A stretch of 64,000 nucleotides of DNA from Fibrobacteria bacterium. Lineage in GTDB: Bacteria > Fibrobacterota > Fibrobacteria > UBA11236. The stretch covers positions 1 to 64,000 of the forward strand of contig JBGTHM010000034.1 of assembly GCA_041746255.1 (NCBI GenBank), in the 5' to 3' direction. Under the pieces are notes generated by a model. That model saw nothing but the letters and a program-made list of their open reading frames with translations. It did no database searches and was not told where the DNA came from. Each line of letters starts with the position of its first letter. Within the stretch, counting starts at the first letter, position 1. The position numbers were made by a program, and so were the translations under genes. Below, piece by piece: positions 9,559-19,457 of the stretch.

Positions 9559-9670
9559 AGGTTAGTTTCTATACCGAAGTCATTTGCGAAATACGGGTAA
9601 CAACCTTATTTTTGCATAAGCTCGGGTCTTTATCCCCGAGAAAAAGTTTTGTACCACGAAAGGATTACTC

Positions 9671-10213
9671 ATGAAACTTCTCCGGATCGCCTCTCTTTTT
9701 ACCCTGGTCGCGACCTTCACTACGACCGAGGCAGCCCAAGGGGATTGGACCCTGGAAGCCGCCGCTCAGGCGATAATTTGGGATGAAAAGTATGATCTCG
9801 GACTGGGAGGCCAGTTAGGCGTTATCCGAGGTTTGTCGGAACGCACCGATCTCTCAGTGGCATTTCAATACGGCTATTATACGCCCCAGATTCCCGACGT
9901 CAATCAAACGGTTACCTCTTATGGAGGATTGGTCACATACTTTTTCGCTCCCGAAATCGAAGGCTTCACCCCCAAGTTGGGCGTGCATGTGGGTTATTCC
10001 ACCTTCTCCAGTCCCACCGTACCCAATGCCTTTACCGAGGGGGATACCGAACGACGGCATTATTTTCAATTCGGCGGCGAAGGCCAGTTGGTTTTCGATG
10101 TGGGCGAGAATTTGAAATTCTTCACCATGATGTCGCCCTCCTATCTCATCGGACCCAACCCGGGATTTACCTTCCGCATCGGCTTGGGATTGCAATACCG
10201 CGTCGCTCCATGA
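9671..10213 (+). CDS. Secreted outer-membrane beta-barrel-like protein
   Basis: Signal peptide, alternating amphipathic strands, C-terminal FRIGLGLQYRV. Confidence 0.6.
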   Translation: MKLLRIASLFTLVATFTTTEAAQGDWTLEAAAQAIIWDEKYDLGLGGQLGVIRGLSERTDLSVAFQYGYYTPQIPDVNQTVTSYGGLVTYFFAPEIEGFTPKLGVHVGYSTFSSPTVPNAFTEGDTERRHYFQFGGEGQLVFDVGENLKFFTMMSPSYLIGPNPGFTFRIGLGLQYRVAP

Positions 10214-10929
10214 CCGACGGCTCCTCTGCGGGGTTGGGCCCGAAAGGCGTTCCCGTTTCCGGTAACCTCGAAGACGCTCCCAAGTTCCTCTTGTGGAAGC
10301 GTACCCTGGAAGCGGCGGGGGGACGGCTCGATTCGGTCACTCCCTTGAAGATTTTACACCGCGACAACGGCGAGGTGTTGTTCGCGCTGCTGGAAGCCCT
10401 GGGACGGGATGCCGACGGGCGCGGGCTCATGCCCTATGTACTCCTGCGCGGTCATGCTGTTGTGGTAGTAACGGTAGTTAAAAACATCCGGACCGGAGAA
10501 AAGCGCTTTTTGATGATACGCCAAAGGCGCATCGCCCATGGCCGGTGGAGCCTGGAGTTTCCCGCGGGCATGCTCGACATGGCCGTAAACGACCCGGCCG
10601 GCGTCGGTGTAATCGAAGTACGGGAGGAAACCGGAGTGGAGATTGCGCGCGAAGCATTGGTGCCGCTGGGCGACCGGCCTTTATACAGTTCTCCGGGCCT
10701 GAGCGACGAGGCCATCCACTATTACGCCTGTACCATTGAGATGGACGCGGCGGAGATTAATTCGCTTCACGGGCGAATCGCCGGAGCGGACCATGAACAA
10801 GAGCATATCGAAGTCGGTTTATGGGAGCATGAAAAGGCCTTGCTGGAAACCGATTCCCTGCAGACACGCCTGGCTTTTTACCTGTATTTCGACTGGGAGC
10901 GCAAAGCCATGGCTCTAAACAGCGTCTGA
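10210..10929 (+). CDS. NUDIX hydrolase (ADP-sugar/ADP-ribose pyrophosphatase-like)
   Basis: EFPAGMLD...EVREETG Nudix box and SSPGLSDE. Confidence 0.88.
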   Translation: MTDGSSAGLGPKGVPVSGNLEDAPKFLLWKRTLEAAGGRLDSVTPLKILHRDNGEVLFALLEALGRDADGRGLMPYVLLRGHAVVVVTVVKNIRTGEKRFLMIRQRRIAHGRWSLEFPAGMLDMAVNDPAGVGVIEVREETGVEIAREALVPLGDRPLYSSPGLSDEAIHYYACTIEMDAAEINSLHGRIAGADHEQEHIEVGLWEHEKALLETDSLQTRLAFYLYFDWERKAMALNSV

Positions 10930-10936
10930 AGGGATG

Positions 10937-11374
10937 CTACCCCTCCTGCCCTTCGAGTCTTTCTTTCAACGCCTGGTTCATGTGTTCCATCGATAATTTC
11001 GCCGCCAGATTCATCGATTTGCGGCCAAAGCGGATCCGGAGTCCCGTCACATAAAGTTCGTTATGGAAGATGAGGCGTCCTTCCTCCTCCTTGATACGGA
11101 AAACCTGTTCGGCCTGAAACCACCAGCCTCCCAACGAATGGCTCCAGCTGAAACTGAAATAGCGCGGAGGTATGAAACCCGTTACCTGCACCTGTTGTTG
11201 AAAAGGGCTTTCCCCTCGAAAAAAGATTTTCACCTTAAGCGTTCCATCGGGAGCGGGATGCCCTTCCATAGTTTGCAGGTAAGGGTTCCACTCGGAATAC
11301 TTTTCACCCTGCAACAGGGTTTCCCATACCTTTTCGGCGGAAGCGCGGATTTCGGTTTGCGTGGCTATTTTCAT
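10937..11374 (-). CDS. SRPBCC (START-like) domain protein
   Basis: TEIRASAEKVWETL...YSEWNPY and C-terminal MNQALKERLE. Confidence 0.82.
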   Translation of the reverse strand: MKIATQTEIRASAEKVWETLLQGEKYSEWNPYLQTMEGHPAPDGTLKVKIFFRGESPFQQQVQVTGFIPPRYFSFSWSHSLGGWWFQAEQVFRIKEEEGRLIFHNELYVTGLRIRFGRKSMNLAAKLSMEHMNQALKERLEGQEG

Positions 11375-12237
11375 GAGGCATCTCCTTCTTGAGCTTGACG
11401 GCCTGATAATCCGCCGTAAAATTCAGGGGGTTTGAGATCGCGTATGGCGGGAAAATGGTTGCGCCAGGCAATCACTTCGCGCAAATCGATCTCGGGGGTA
11501 AGCACGGTTTCTTCCGAGCCCGCCTCGGCCAGCATTTCTCCTTGGGGCGAAAAAAGGCAGGTGCCTCCGGAAAAAGCGAGATGGACTTGACGTCCCACGC
11601 AATTGACCCCCGCCACATAGGCTTGGTTTTCGATGGCGCGGGCTCTGAGCAGCGCTTGCCAATGCGATTGACGCGCCTCCGGCCAGTTCGCCTGCACCGT
11701 ATACAATTGGACTCCCAGGGACAACCCGGCCCGGTAGATTTCCGGAAACCGCAAGTCATAACAGATAGTGGGAACCACGGTGAAGGCTTCGCAATCGAAG
11801 GCGGTCAGCTTCTTTCCACCGGAAAAATGCCGATGCTCACCGCCGTAGGTGAAGGGATGCACCTTCTGGTAATCGACATGTTTCCCTCCATCGGGCTTGA
11901 ACACAAGGCTCAGGTTACGCAGCAGGTTATCCGGACCTTCTCCTACCGACGAGCCCAGCACATGGCAGTGCCGGGTTCGCGCCAATTCGGAGAGGAAATC
12001 GCAATCCTCCCGGTATAAAACGTTGGCCCCCTCGTCTTGGTCTTCCCGATCGGAACGCAGGGCGCGCGATTGCCCGGCTACGAAACCGGTGCTGAACATT
12101 TCCGGCAGCACTATCAATCCCCCCGGTTGCACGCCGTCTTCCAGTAGGCGCAGAACCCGCGCGCGGTTCTCGTCGGGCCGCCGGTGGGCGATATCCAGCT
12201 GAACCAAGTAGATTTTAAGCTTCGTATTGGTGGGCAC
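11371..12237 (-). CDS. Carbon-nitrogen (nitrilase-superfamily) hydrolase, omega-amidase-like
   Basis: Catalytic triad motifs LPEMFSTG, YQKVH and ICYDLRFPE, plus RARAIENQ. Confidence 0.9.
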   Translation of the reverse strand: MPTNTKLKIYLVQLDIAHRRPDENRARVLRLLEDGVQPGGLIVLPEMFSTGFVAGQSRALRSDREDQDEGANVLYREDCDFLSELARTRHCHVLGSSVGEGPDNLLRNLSLVFKPDGGKHVDYQKVHPFTYGGEHRHFSGGKKLTAFDCEAFTVVPTICYDLRFPEIYRAGLSLGVQLYTVQANWPEARQSHWQALLRARAIENQAYVAGVNCVGRQVHLAFSGGTCLFSPQGEMLAEAGSEETVLTPEIDLREVIAWRNHFPAIRDLKPPEFYGGLSGRQAQEGDAS

Positions 12238-12334
12238 TGATTTCTCCCGCCTCTCCCGGTTTATGTGAAACAGCGGGAGCGCATTGATAGACTAAGTTCT
12301 CGCATTCCCCATCGGTCGGAAAGGACCTTGGACC

Positions 12335-14773
12335 ATGACCCTTCCCTTGATTTCGCCGTATTTGCGTTGGTTGCAAAAAGACAACCCTACGGGAACGGTA
12401 GAAGTATATCCCGAAATAAACGAAAAATATGAGTCATCGGTAAAGGGCATTTCCATAGTCGGTGATTTAACCGGAATTCCCTTGCTGAAATTAGCCTCTG
12501 AAAGCGGTTCCAAGGCGGTACGGCAGATTGCCGAGGACGCAGAATTCCAAAGTCTTCGTCGAAAAAAGAAATCCTCAAGCGGCCTTAGAGTGGTGGGCAG
12601 TGAGGATTCCGGCGATTTGCTGGAGGTTGTAATTATCGGCGGTGGACCCGCGGGAGTGGCCGCGGCGCTGGAATGCGAAAAATTGGGGCTGGATTACCTA
12701 CTGCTGGAGTCGAGCCACCTCTTTCAAACCCTGGAAAATTTTCCCAAGGGCAAACCCATTCTCGCAAAACCCGACGGATATGCTCACAAGGCGGGATTAC
12801 GTATCGACGATGGTACCAAGGAGTCCCTGCTTACCGACTTGAAAACACAAATCGCCGACGCATCCCTGAAACTCAAAGTGGGGGAAAGAGTCGATGCCGT
12901 CAAGCGCAAAGGCGATCACTTCCGGGTTCAGGCCGGGCAGGAGGTTTACCGAGCCTTACGGGTGGTGGTGGCCATTGGGAAAAGCGGAGACGCGCGCAAA
13001 CTGAATATACCCGGAGAGGACAGGGAGCAGGTATACAACCGCCTTTTCGATCCCGGAGAATTTGCCGGGCGTGAAATCCTGATGGTGGGCGGAGGCGATA
13101 GCGCCTTGGAGGCTTCGGTGGCGCTGGCGAAAAGCGGCAATCGCGTCACGCATTCCTATCGCAAAAAACAATTCGAGAGACCCAAGGAAGAAAACTTGCG
13201 GGCCTTCCGCGAACAAGTGCAAAAAGGGGCCATCACCCCCATCTTCCAATCACAACCCAAGGCCATCCACCCGGATGAGGTGGTGCTGGAAATGCACGAT
13301 GGGAGCGAGAAAAACCTTCCCAACGAAATCGTTTATGTGCTCATCGGCCGTGAATTGCCGCTGGCTTTTTTCAAACGCAGCGGCATGCGCATGCAAGGGG
13401 ATAAAGACGCCTCTTGGTATGTGTTTCTCACGGCCATGATCAGTTTTTTCTGCATGCTGTATTTCGGCAAGGTCGGTTTTTCCGTCGATTTGTTTTCGGA
13501 AGCCGAAGGGGTGTCGGGCAAGTTATGGGCGTATTTTGCGGGCCCCTTGGGGCTGAACGCAAACTGGGGTCTACAGGGAAATGCCTGGTACCCTACCCTC
13601 AATTTTTTCCTCGGATGGCTGGGTTCCCTGGTGTTTCTTCTCTCGGGCGCGGCATCCCTTTTTTTCATGGTGAAAAAGCGGGACAAATATTTCAGCGGCG
13701 TTTGGCCCAGGATTAAATACGGTTATCTGACGCTTGCCGCGATTTTTTTCACCTGGGTTTATTTCACGTCCATTCTGGGTCGCAACGCGGGTTGGGTGGC
13801 CGAGCCGACCTATTATTATAGCCTGCTCTACTGCACCACCATGGCCCTTTTCGCGGTGAGGCGAGTGGTGGTCCGTAAAACGCGTTACGTTAAACTGCAA
13901 ATGGCCAGCGTGGTATTCATTCAGATATTCTTCTTGTTTTTATTGCCCTTTCACCTTTTCGACGCCTATATCCAGCCCAATTTTGCGGCGGATGGCTATA
14001 TCCTCCAAGAAATGTTTCCCTCCGGAAAATGGTCGTCTTTCGGCTTTATTCTGTTTTGGCCCCTCAATATCGGCAATTTCGGAACCAGCACCTTTTGGAC
14101 CTGGTTTCCCTTCGTGCAAACCTTCGGAATACTCTTCGTGCTCGTTTTCCTATTCGGAAAGGGCGCCTATTGCAGTTGGATTTGCAGCTGCGGAGGCATG
14201 GCCGAAACCTTAGGGGACGAGTACCGCCACTTGGCTCCCCACGGTCCCCGGGCCAAAAGCCTGGAGCATATCGGACAATTCATTCTGCTCTTCGCTTTCA
14301 TCGCCACGGGTTTGGCCTTCGCGACGCGCCTGGGAGGAACACCCTCCCTTTTATCCGATAGCCTATGGGGCGCCTACAAGTTGAGCATCGACGTGGTTTT
14401 CGCCGGGGTGTTGGGATTGGGCGTGTATTTTTTTCTCGGAGGGCGGATTTGGTGCCGCTACGGTTGCCCCCTGGCCGCCCTTATGCACATTTATACCCGC
14501 TTTTCACCTTACCGGATCTTTTCCGAAAAAAAGAAGTGTATTTCCTGTAATATTTGCACCAAGGTGTGCCACATGGGGATAGACGTAATGGGTTACGCCA
14601 ACAAGGGTATTCCCATGAACGACGTAGAATGCGTTCGCTGTTCCGCCTGCGTGACCAGCTGTCCCACCGAGGTTTTGGCTTTCGGCAGTTTGAAAAAATC
14701 CGACCCCGATAATGGGAGCCGGCAGGAGGTGCCGGCGCATGCGAAGACCGATTGGCAGGCTGGAATCCGGTAA
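12335..14773 (+). CDS. TrxB-like FAD/NAD(P) oxidoreductase fused to a NapH/RdxA-type membrane 4Fe-4S polyferredoxin
   Basis: IIGGGPAG and VGGGDSALE, about 10 TM helices, CSWICSC, CRYGCP, CISCNICTKVC and CVRCSACVTSCP. Confidence 0.85.
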   Translation: MTLPLISPYLRWLQKDNPTGTVEVYPEINEKYESSVKGISIVGDLTGIPLLKLASESGSKAVRQIAEDAEFQSLRRKKKSSSGLRVVGSEDSGDLLEVVIIGGGPAGVAAALECEKLGLDYLLLESSHLFQTLENFPKGKPILAKPDGYAHKAGLRIDDGTKESLLTDLKTQIADASLKLKVGERVDAVKRKGDHFRVQAGQEVYRALRVVVAIGKSGDARKLNIPGEDREQVYNRLFDPGEFAGREILMVGGGDSALEASVALAKSGNRVTHSYRKKQFERPKEENLRAFREQVQKGAITPIFQSQPKAIHPDEVVLEMHDGSEKNLPNEIVYVLIGRELPLAFFKRSGMRMQGDKDASWYVFLTAMISFFCMLYFGKVGFSVDLFSEAEGVSGKLWAYFAGPLGLNANWGLQGNAWYPTLNFFLGWLGSLVFLLSGAASLFFMVKKRDKYFSGVWPRIKYGYLTLAAIFFTWVYFTSILGRNAGWVAEPTYYYSLLYCTTMALFAVRRVVVRKTRYVKLQMASVVFIQIFFLFLLPFHLFDAYIQPNFAADGYILQEMFPSGKWSSFGFILFWPLNIGNFGTSTFWTWFPFVQTFGILFVLVFLFGKGAYCSWICSCGGMAETLGDEYRHLAPHGPRAKSLEHIGQFILLFAFIATGLAFATRLGGTPSLLSDSLWGAYKLSIDVVFAGVLGLGVYFFLGGRIWCRYGCPLAALMHIYTRFSPYRIFSEKKKCISCNICTKVCHMGIDVMGYANKGIPMNDVECVRCSACVTSCPTEVLAFGSLKKSDPDNGSRQEVPAHAKTDWQAGIR

Positions 14774-14797
14774 AAAACCCGGATTCCAGGCTTTTTT
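14760..14797 (+). terminator. Rho-independent terminator
   Basis: CTGGAATCCGG-loop-CCGGATTCCAG followed by GCTTTTTT, spanning the stop codon. Confidence 0.7.
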
Positions 14798-14885
14798 AGG
14801 GCTTTCACCGCTAGTTTGAGGCGGTGTATACAAAACGCAACAAAAAAGTCTAGCTTTTGCTTAGATTTATTTGGACAATTCGCTC

Positions 14886-15314
14886 ATGAAAAAGCCACTC
14901 CTCATCGCAACGGCTCTATGCCTCGGAGGCGCCCTTTGGGCGGCCGATAGTGCTGCCGTGGGATCCGAAAAACCGGCTTGGCCCCAAATAGTGGAAATCC
15001 CCTTGGAAGGTAGCGCGGAAACCGCAAAGGAAACCGCTCCTCGCGAAGTCCGGCTGGAAAAGCCGGAGTCGGGAATCTCCCTATCGGGAATGAAGGTCGA
15101 AGCTTCCGTAATGCAAAATGCGGTACGGGTTTATTCCAGCCGACCCGCCACTCTTTCTCTCTATAACGCCTCTGGACAACTTCTTTACCGGGGTGACCAG
15201 CAAAAACCGATTCAAATGATTTCTCTGCAAGGCGTCAATCCCGGTTTCCTCTACCTGTCGGTACGCGACGGGCAAATGGAAACCGTGCGGAAGCTGGTTT
15301 TCACCGGCAACTGA
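14886..15314 (+). CDS. Small secreted protein made largely of a T9SS-sorting-like C-terminal domain
   Basis: Signal peptide MKKPLLIATALCLGG and a LSLYNASGQLL...PGFLYLSV...VRKLV pattern. Confidence 0.55.
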   Translation: MKKPLLIATALCLGGALWAADSAAVGSEKPAWPQIVEIPLEGSAETAKETAPREVRLEKPESGISLSGMKVEASVMQNAVRVYSSRPATLSLYNASGQLLYRGDQQKPIQMISLQGVNPGFLYLSVRDGQMETVRKLVFTGN

Positions 15315-15323
15315 GCTTTTCCG

Positions 15324-15554
15324 CTATTTCTTTTTGAGCAGGTCGGCCATGCCGCCCAAATCCTCGTCGCTTCCCTGAGCGGCGTTTTTGTTTTCCTCCT
15401 GGATGCGGAGATAAACTTCCTCGCGGTGAATGGGCACTTCGCGGGGGGCTTCGATGCCTATCTTGATGTTACGCCCGTCAATTTCCATCACGGTAATACA
15501 GACGTTCGAATTGATGCGGATGGATTCGCCGACTTTTCGCGATAGGATAAGCAT
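15324..15554 (-). CDS. csrA: Carbon storage regulator CsrA
   Basis: MLILSRKVGESIRI...IKIGIEAPREVPIHREEVY. The ATG overlaps the fliW stop (TAATG). Confidence 0.95.
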   Translation of the reverse strand: MLILSRKVGESIRINSNVCITVMEIDGRNIKIGIEAPREVPIHREEVYLRIQEENKNAAQGSDEDLGGMADLLKKK

Positions 15555-15982
15555 TAGGGTACTATTCTTTCTCTGGGAGAATAATCGTCGTTTTCGATGA
15601 TGATTTGTTTGCCCACCCGCTCGCGGATATTGATGAAGAGCGGACCCATCATATTCGCCGTCGAATCGGAAAGCGGTTTGTGCAGGGTAACGATGCAATA
15701 CATGCAAAGTTCCTCGGGAGCACGGATGTTGAGCGATTGCAACGCTTCACGGCCGATTTTCGGGTTGTAGTCTGAACGCAGGGTCATGGGGTTGATGATG
15801 GGAAAACGCAGCGCCCGGTTTTCCACGCATTCCATCCAATGAAAAGGGTGATGCTGCGGCAATGACAGGATGATGAACCTACGCGAGTCCTGGAATCCCG
15901 GCAAACCGGCGGGAAAGACGATGACCTGATCCTCGGTCCAGGAAACCGACGGCAGATCCGGTTGTGCGGTAAGCTGACTCAT
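15554..15982 (-). CDS. fliW: Flagellar assembly factor / CsrA antagonist FliW
   Basis: FPAGLPGF, PFHWM, IINP, TANMMGPLFIN and KQII; adjacent to csrA. Confidence 0.92.
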   Translation of the reverse strand: MSQLTAQPDLPSVSWTEDQVIVFPAGLPGFQDSRRFIILSLPQHHPFHWMECVENRALRFPIINPMTLRSDYNPKIGREALQSLNIRAPEELCMYCIVTLHKPLSDSTANMMGPLFINIRERVGKQIIIENDDYSPRERIVP

Positions 15983-16071
15983 GACTATGTCTATGCCTTC
16001 AAGGAGAGCTGGGCCACCCAGCCGCCTCCAGGGCAGAGCCTTTCAATAATGGATTCGCGCTATACAGGTTC

Positions 16072-16101
16072 ATTATGGCTTCAACTCCGCTTCGGCGTCA
16101 A
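16072..16101 (-). promoter_or_regulatory. Putative sigma70 promoter of fliW-csrA
   Basis: TTGACG-18 nt-CATAAT on the minus strand. Confidence 0.45.
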
Positions 16102-16130
16102 TATGGAAATGCAGTGTGGTTGCATAGCCC

Positions 16131-17693
16131 TTACAGGGTAGTGAAAAAAGTCTTTCCGCCGCGGAAGACCAAGAGAAGCACGCGATTCCCCCGGCTGGCG
16201 TCTTCCATGGCCCGGTTGAAATCTTTGAGGGAGTGTACGGGAGCGCGGTTCACTTCCAGAATGACGTCACCCTCCTGTAGCTTGGCGTCTTCCGCCCGGC
16301 TATCGGGCGCCACGCGGACCACGAGCACGCCATGGTCCACCGAGGCTTTGATGCCGTAACGGGTTATCGCTTCCTGGGTCAATTCGGCGACTTCCAGGCC
16401 GACTTGGAGCTTGCCGGCGGGCGTGGTTTGATTTAAATCGAGGGCGCTGAGACGGTTTTCATCCCTGCGGGCGATAAGGGCCTCGAATTGATGCGTCACG
16501 GCGTCCCTAAGCACCTCTACATTCACGCGGGTGCCGGGGCTGAGCATGGCGACCAGGTTAAGTAATTCGGATACGTCACGCACCCGTTGCCCGTTGATTT
16601 GTTGGATGATGTCGCCCCGCTTGATGCCCGCCTTCTGCGCGGGGCCTCCGGGAATGACGTCGCCTACCAGGGCGCCGCTCTGGTCGTTGAGCTGCAGCGC
16701 CTCGGCCAACTCCTTGTTGATGGATTGGATGCTGACGCCCAGCCAGCCCCGGGTGACGATACCGTCGCGTATGAGATCCTCGGTGATGCGCTTGGCCATG
16801 TTGATGGGAATGGCGAAACCGATGCCTTGGTGGCCGCCCGTGCGCGAAAAAATCGCGGTATTGATGCCGATGAGTTCACCGTTGAGATTCATAAGCGCAC
16901 CGCCCGAGTTGCCGGGGTTGATGGCCGCGTCGGTTTGCAGGAAATCTTCGTAGCCGGTGATGCCGGTATTACGGCGGCCCATGGCGGAAATGATTCCCGA
17001 GGTTACGGTATGCGAAAGGCCGTAGGGGTTGCCCACCGCCATGACCCACTCCCCGATGCGCAAGCTGTCGGAATTTCCCACCGGTACGGTAGGCAGGGCG
17101 TGGTCGAAATCGCGGATGCGAATGACCGCAACGTCGGAGGGCTGGTCCACCCCCACTACTTTCGCCTCGTATTCGTTGCCATTCGCAAGCCGAACCTTGA
17201 TGATATCCGCGCCTTCCACCACATGGTTGTTGGTGAGAATATATCCTTGGGGGCTGATAATCACTCCCGAGCCTAAACCGGTTTCCGTGCGGGGAATGGA
17301 AGGCCCGGATTCGCCGGGTCCAAAAAAGTATTCAAAAGGATTCATATCGAATCGATCTTCCCGGGGTCCGCCGGCGCCGGGCAGATTAAGATTTCTTTCG
17401 CTGTAAATGCTGACCACGCCGGGAATGGCGGCTGCGGCGACATCGGCGAAAATTTGTTGGAATTGGGCGTATTTTCCACCCAGCGAAACCGGCGCTCCTT
17501 CGGAATTGGAGGGGTTGTCCAAAGATCCCGGGTTTAAAGTCATCCACGCGAAGGGTTCGCCATCGCCCGAGGGACCAGGCCTTGCCGCCGGGCTTTTCTC
17601 TTCTCCCGCGCATCCGGTTGCGAATACAGCCGTGAAAAGGGCCGCGAAAAGCATCAACATGGAAATAAAACCGGTCCACTTCGATGGAGTCAT
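16131..17693 (-). CDS. Do/DegQ family serine endoprotease with 2 PDZ domains, probable lipoprotein
   Basis: GSGVII, TNNHV, DVAV and DAAINPGNSGG, two PDZ domains, lipobox FATGC. Confidence 0.95.
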   Translation of the reverse strand: MTPSKWTGFISMLMLFAALFTAVFATGCAGEEKSPAARPGPSGDGEPFAWMTLNPGSLDNPSNSEGAPVSLGGKYAQFQQIFADVAAAAIPGVVSIYSERNLNLPGAGGPREDRFDMNPFEYFFGPGESGPSIPRTETGLGSGVIISPQGYILTNNHVVEGADIIKVRLANGNEYEAKVVGVDQPSDVAVIRIRDFDHALPTVPVGNSDSLRIGEWVMAVGNPYGLSHTVTSGIISAMGRRNTGITGYEDFLQTDAAINPGNSGGALMNLNGELIGINTAIFSRTGGHQGIGFAIPINMAKRITEDLIRDGIVTRGWLGVSIQSINKELAEALQLNDQSGALVGDVIPGGPAQKAGIKRGDIIQQINGQRVRDVSELLNLVAMLSPGTRVNVEVLRDAVTHQFEALIARRDENRLSALDLNQTTPAGKLQVGLEVAELTQEAITRYGIKASVDHGVLVVRVAPDSRAEDAKLQEGDVILEVNRAPVHSLKDFNRAMEDASRGNRVLLLVFRGGKTFFTTL

Positions 17694-17817
17694 GGAGATA
17701 AGATAAATTACGGTCGCTGTTCCCGGTACAAGAGCTCAGGGGAAACGGGCCTCGCCCGGTTTTTGGCGACGCGGAAGGAGGCGGCCGGAGCACCGAGGGT
17801 TATGCTCCGGCTGTGGG

Positions 17818-18441
17818 TCAAAGTTCCGGTTGGGGAGGGATGGGCGTGGCTGAACCCTTGGAAACGCCTCCGGAAACGATGAATGCCATGAAACGGGCGC
17901 TATCTTCCGGTGGAAGCAGGGTAATCCGTTCTTTCGGCACCAGGATGAGGTTGGCCGCGAAGTTATAGCTTTGCGGCAAATAGACGGCGACATAACCTTC
18001 AGTGCCGGGCAAATCCAGATTTTCGCTGGTGATAAATCCCATCGCCTTGATGCCCCCACCGGGCATGAGCTCGACGATGACCGGACGATTGAAACTTTTC
18101 TTTTCGCCCACGAAGGCTCCGATTAAATCCTTGATGGAAAAATACAGGAGCTTGACCAGAGGGAGGCGCGTGACCAGCGATTCGAAATATCCGAACAGTT
18201 CGCGAAAGAAAATATTGGAAGCCAGCGCTCCGATGAGAATGATGAAGATGAGGGTCAGGAGAAAGCCCACTCCGGGAATCGGCAGGTTGAGCATGCCATC
18301 AATGGTGGTGAACACGAGATAGAGAACATAAAGCGTTCCCACCATGGGAACGAGAACGAGCAGGCCTTTCAGGAAGTTGGCCAGGACGCGTTGCATGGCG
18401 CTGCGCTTGGGTTGCGTAGAGGGCGGCCGGGAATCGCTCAT
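17818..18441 (-). CDS. DUF502 domain membrane protein
   Basis: FLKGLLVLVP, RLPLVKLLYFSIK, VAVYLP and FIVSGG; ATGA overlap with rpiA. Confidence 0.85.
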   Translation of the reverse strand: MSDSRPPSTQPKRSAMQRVLANFLKGLLVLVPMVGTLYVLYLVFTTIDGMLNLPIPGVGFLLTLIFIILIGALASNIFFRELFGYFESLVTRLPLVKLLYFSIKDLIGAFVGEKKSFNRPVIVELMPGGGIKAMGFITSENLDLPGTEGYVAVYLPQSYNFAANLILVPKERITLLPPEDSARFMAFIVSGGVSKGSATPIPPQPEL

Positions 18442-19121
18442 GGGGTCCACTCCCTTACGCCCTGAGCATCTCCTGTGATCACTGTGATGCGATCACCCAA
18501 TCCGCAGAAGAGGCCGTGACCGGCCACGCCTGGAATCGCGTTCAAGGGCGCATCGAGAAGGGCGACGTCATCCGACTTGGGAAAGCGGACGTCGAGTACG
18601 AAATTGCCCATATCGGTGATGACGGGGCCGTCTTTGCGCACGGCCATTCTTAATTCGATTTCGCCTCCCAGTTCGCCTATCAGACGAAGAGCCAGGGGAT
18701 AGGCCAAGGGCATCACTTCTACGGGGATGGGAAATCGGGAACCGATTTTTTCCACCAGTTTGCCGGTTTCAACGATGACGAGGAAGCGCTGAGCGGCGAA
18801 AGCCAGGATCTTTTCCCGTAGCATGGCCGCTCCGCGGCCCTTGAGCAAGTTCTTTTCCGGAGTGACCTCGTCGGCTCCGTCTACATAGAGGTCGACCCTA
18901 TCGACCTGATCCATGCCTATCAGCGGTAACCCCAATTCCAAGGCCAGCAAATGGGAAGCATGGGAACTGGAGACGGTGGTAACCTTCAGGCCTTCCTCTT
19001 TCACCCGCCGGGCCAATTCCTGGATGAAATAATCGGTCGTCGAGCCGGTACCCAGCCCGACCCGCATACCCTCCTGGACATAAGTAGCCGCGTGGATACC
19101 CACTTTTTGCTTGAAATTCAA
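18438..19121 (-). CDS. rpiA: Ribose-5-phosphate isomerase A
   Basis: GLGTGST, DGADEV, KGRGAAMLREK and PIPVEV. Confidence 0.96.
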   Translation of the reverse strand: MNFKQKVGIHAATYVQEGMRVGLGTGSTTDYFIQELARRVKEEGLKVTTVSSSHASHLLALELGLPLIGMDQVDRVDLYVDGADEVTPEKNLLKGRGAAMLREKILAFAAQRFLVIVETGKLVEKIGSRFPIPVEVMPLAYPLALRLIGELGGEIELRMAVRKDGPVITDMGNFVLDVRFPKSDDVALLDAPLNAIPGVAGHGLFCGLGDRITVITGDAQGVREWTP

Positions 19122-19356
19122 AATCGAACCCCTGTTTTCCGCTCCGAAGTGCTTCCGGAGGGTCCCTTATTTGCAAGAAAAGTAATAATCGCCGTGGGTG
19201 TGGATTTCCATGGGAGGAATTAGAGAAATTTTAGAAAATGGTTAGGTGACTCTGAAAAAAGGCCATTACCCTGGTTGGAAGCAAAAACGACTGAATTATC
19301 TTTTTGGTCCCTCGAGTGGTGTCCGTTGCGCGGGTAATACGGCCCATTCACAGAAG

Positions 19357-19385
19357 GCCTGGGAAGGGTAAACCCCTTCCCAGGC
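19357..19385. repeat. Perfect 12-bp inverted repeat in the doxX-rpiA intergenic region
   Basis: GCCTGGGAAGGG-TAAAC-CCCTTCCCAGGC. Confidence 0.85.
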
Positions 19386-19457
19386 TCCCTCTGAAAAAGA
19401 TCTGTAATCATTCGAGTCGGAAAGCTTGTCGAAGCCTCGCGGGCGACCGCATCGGTC

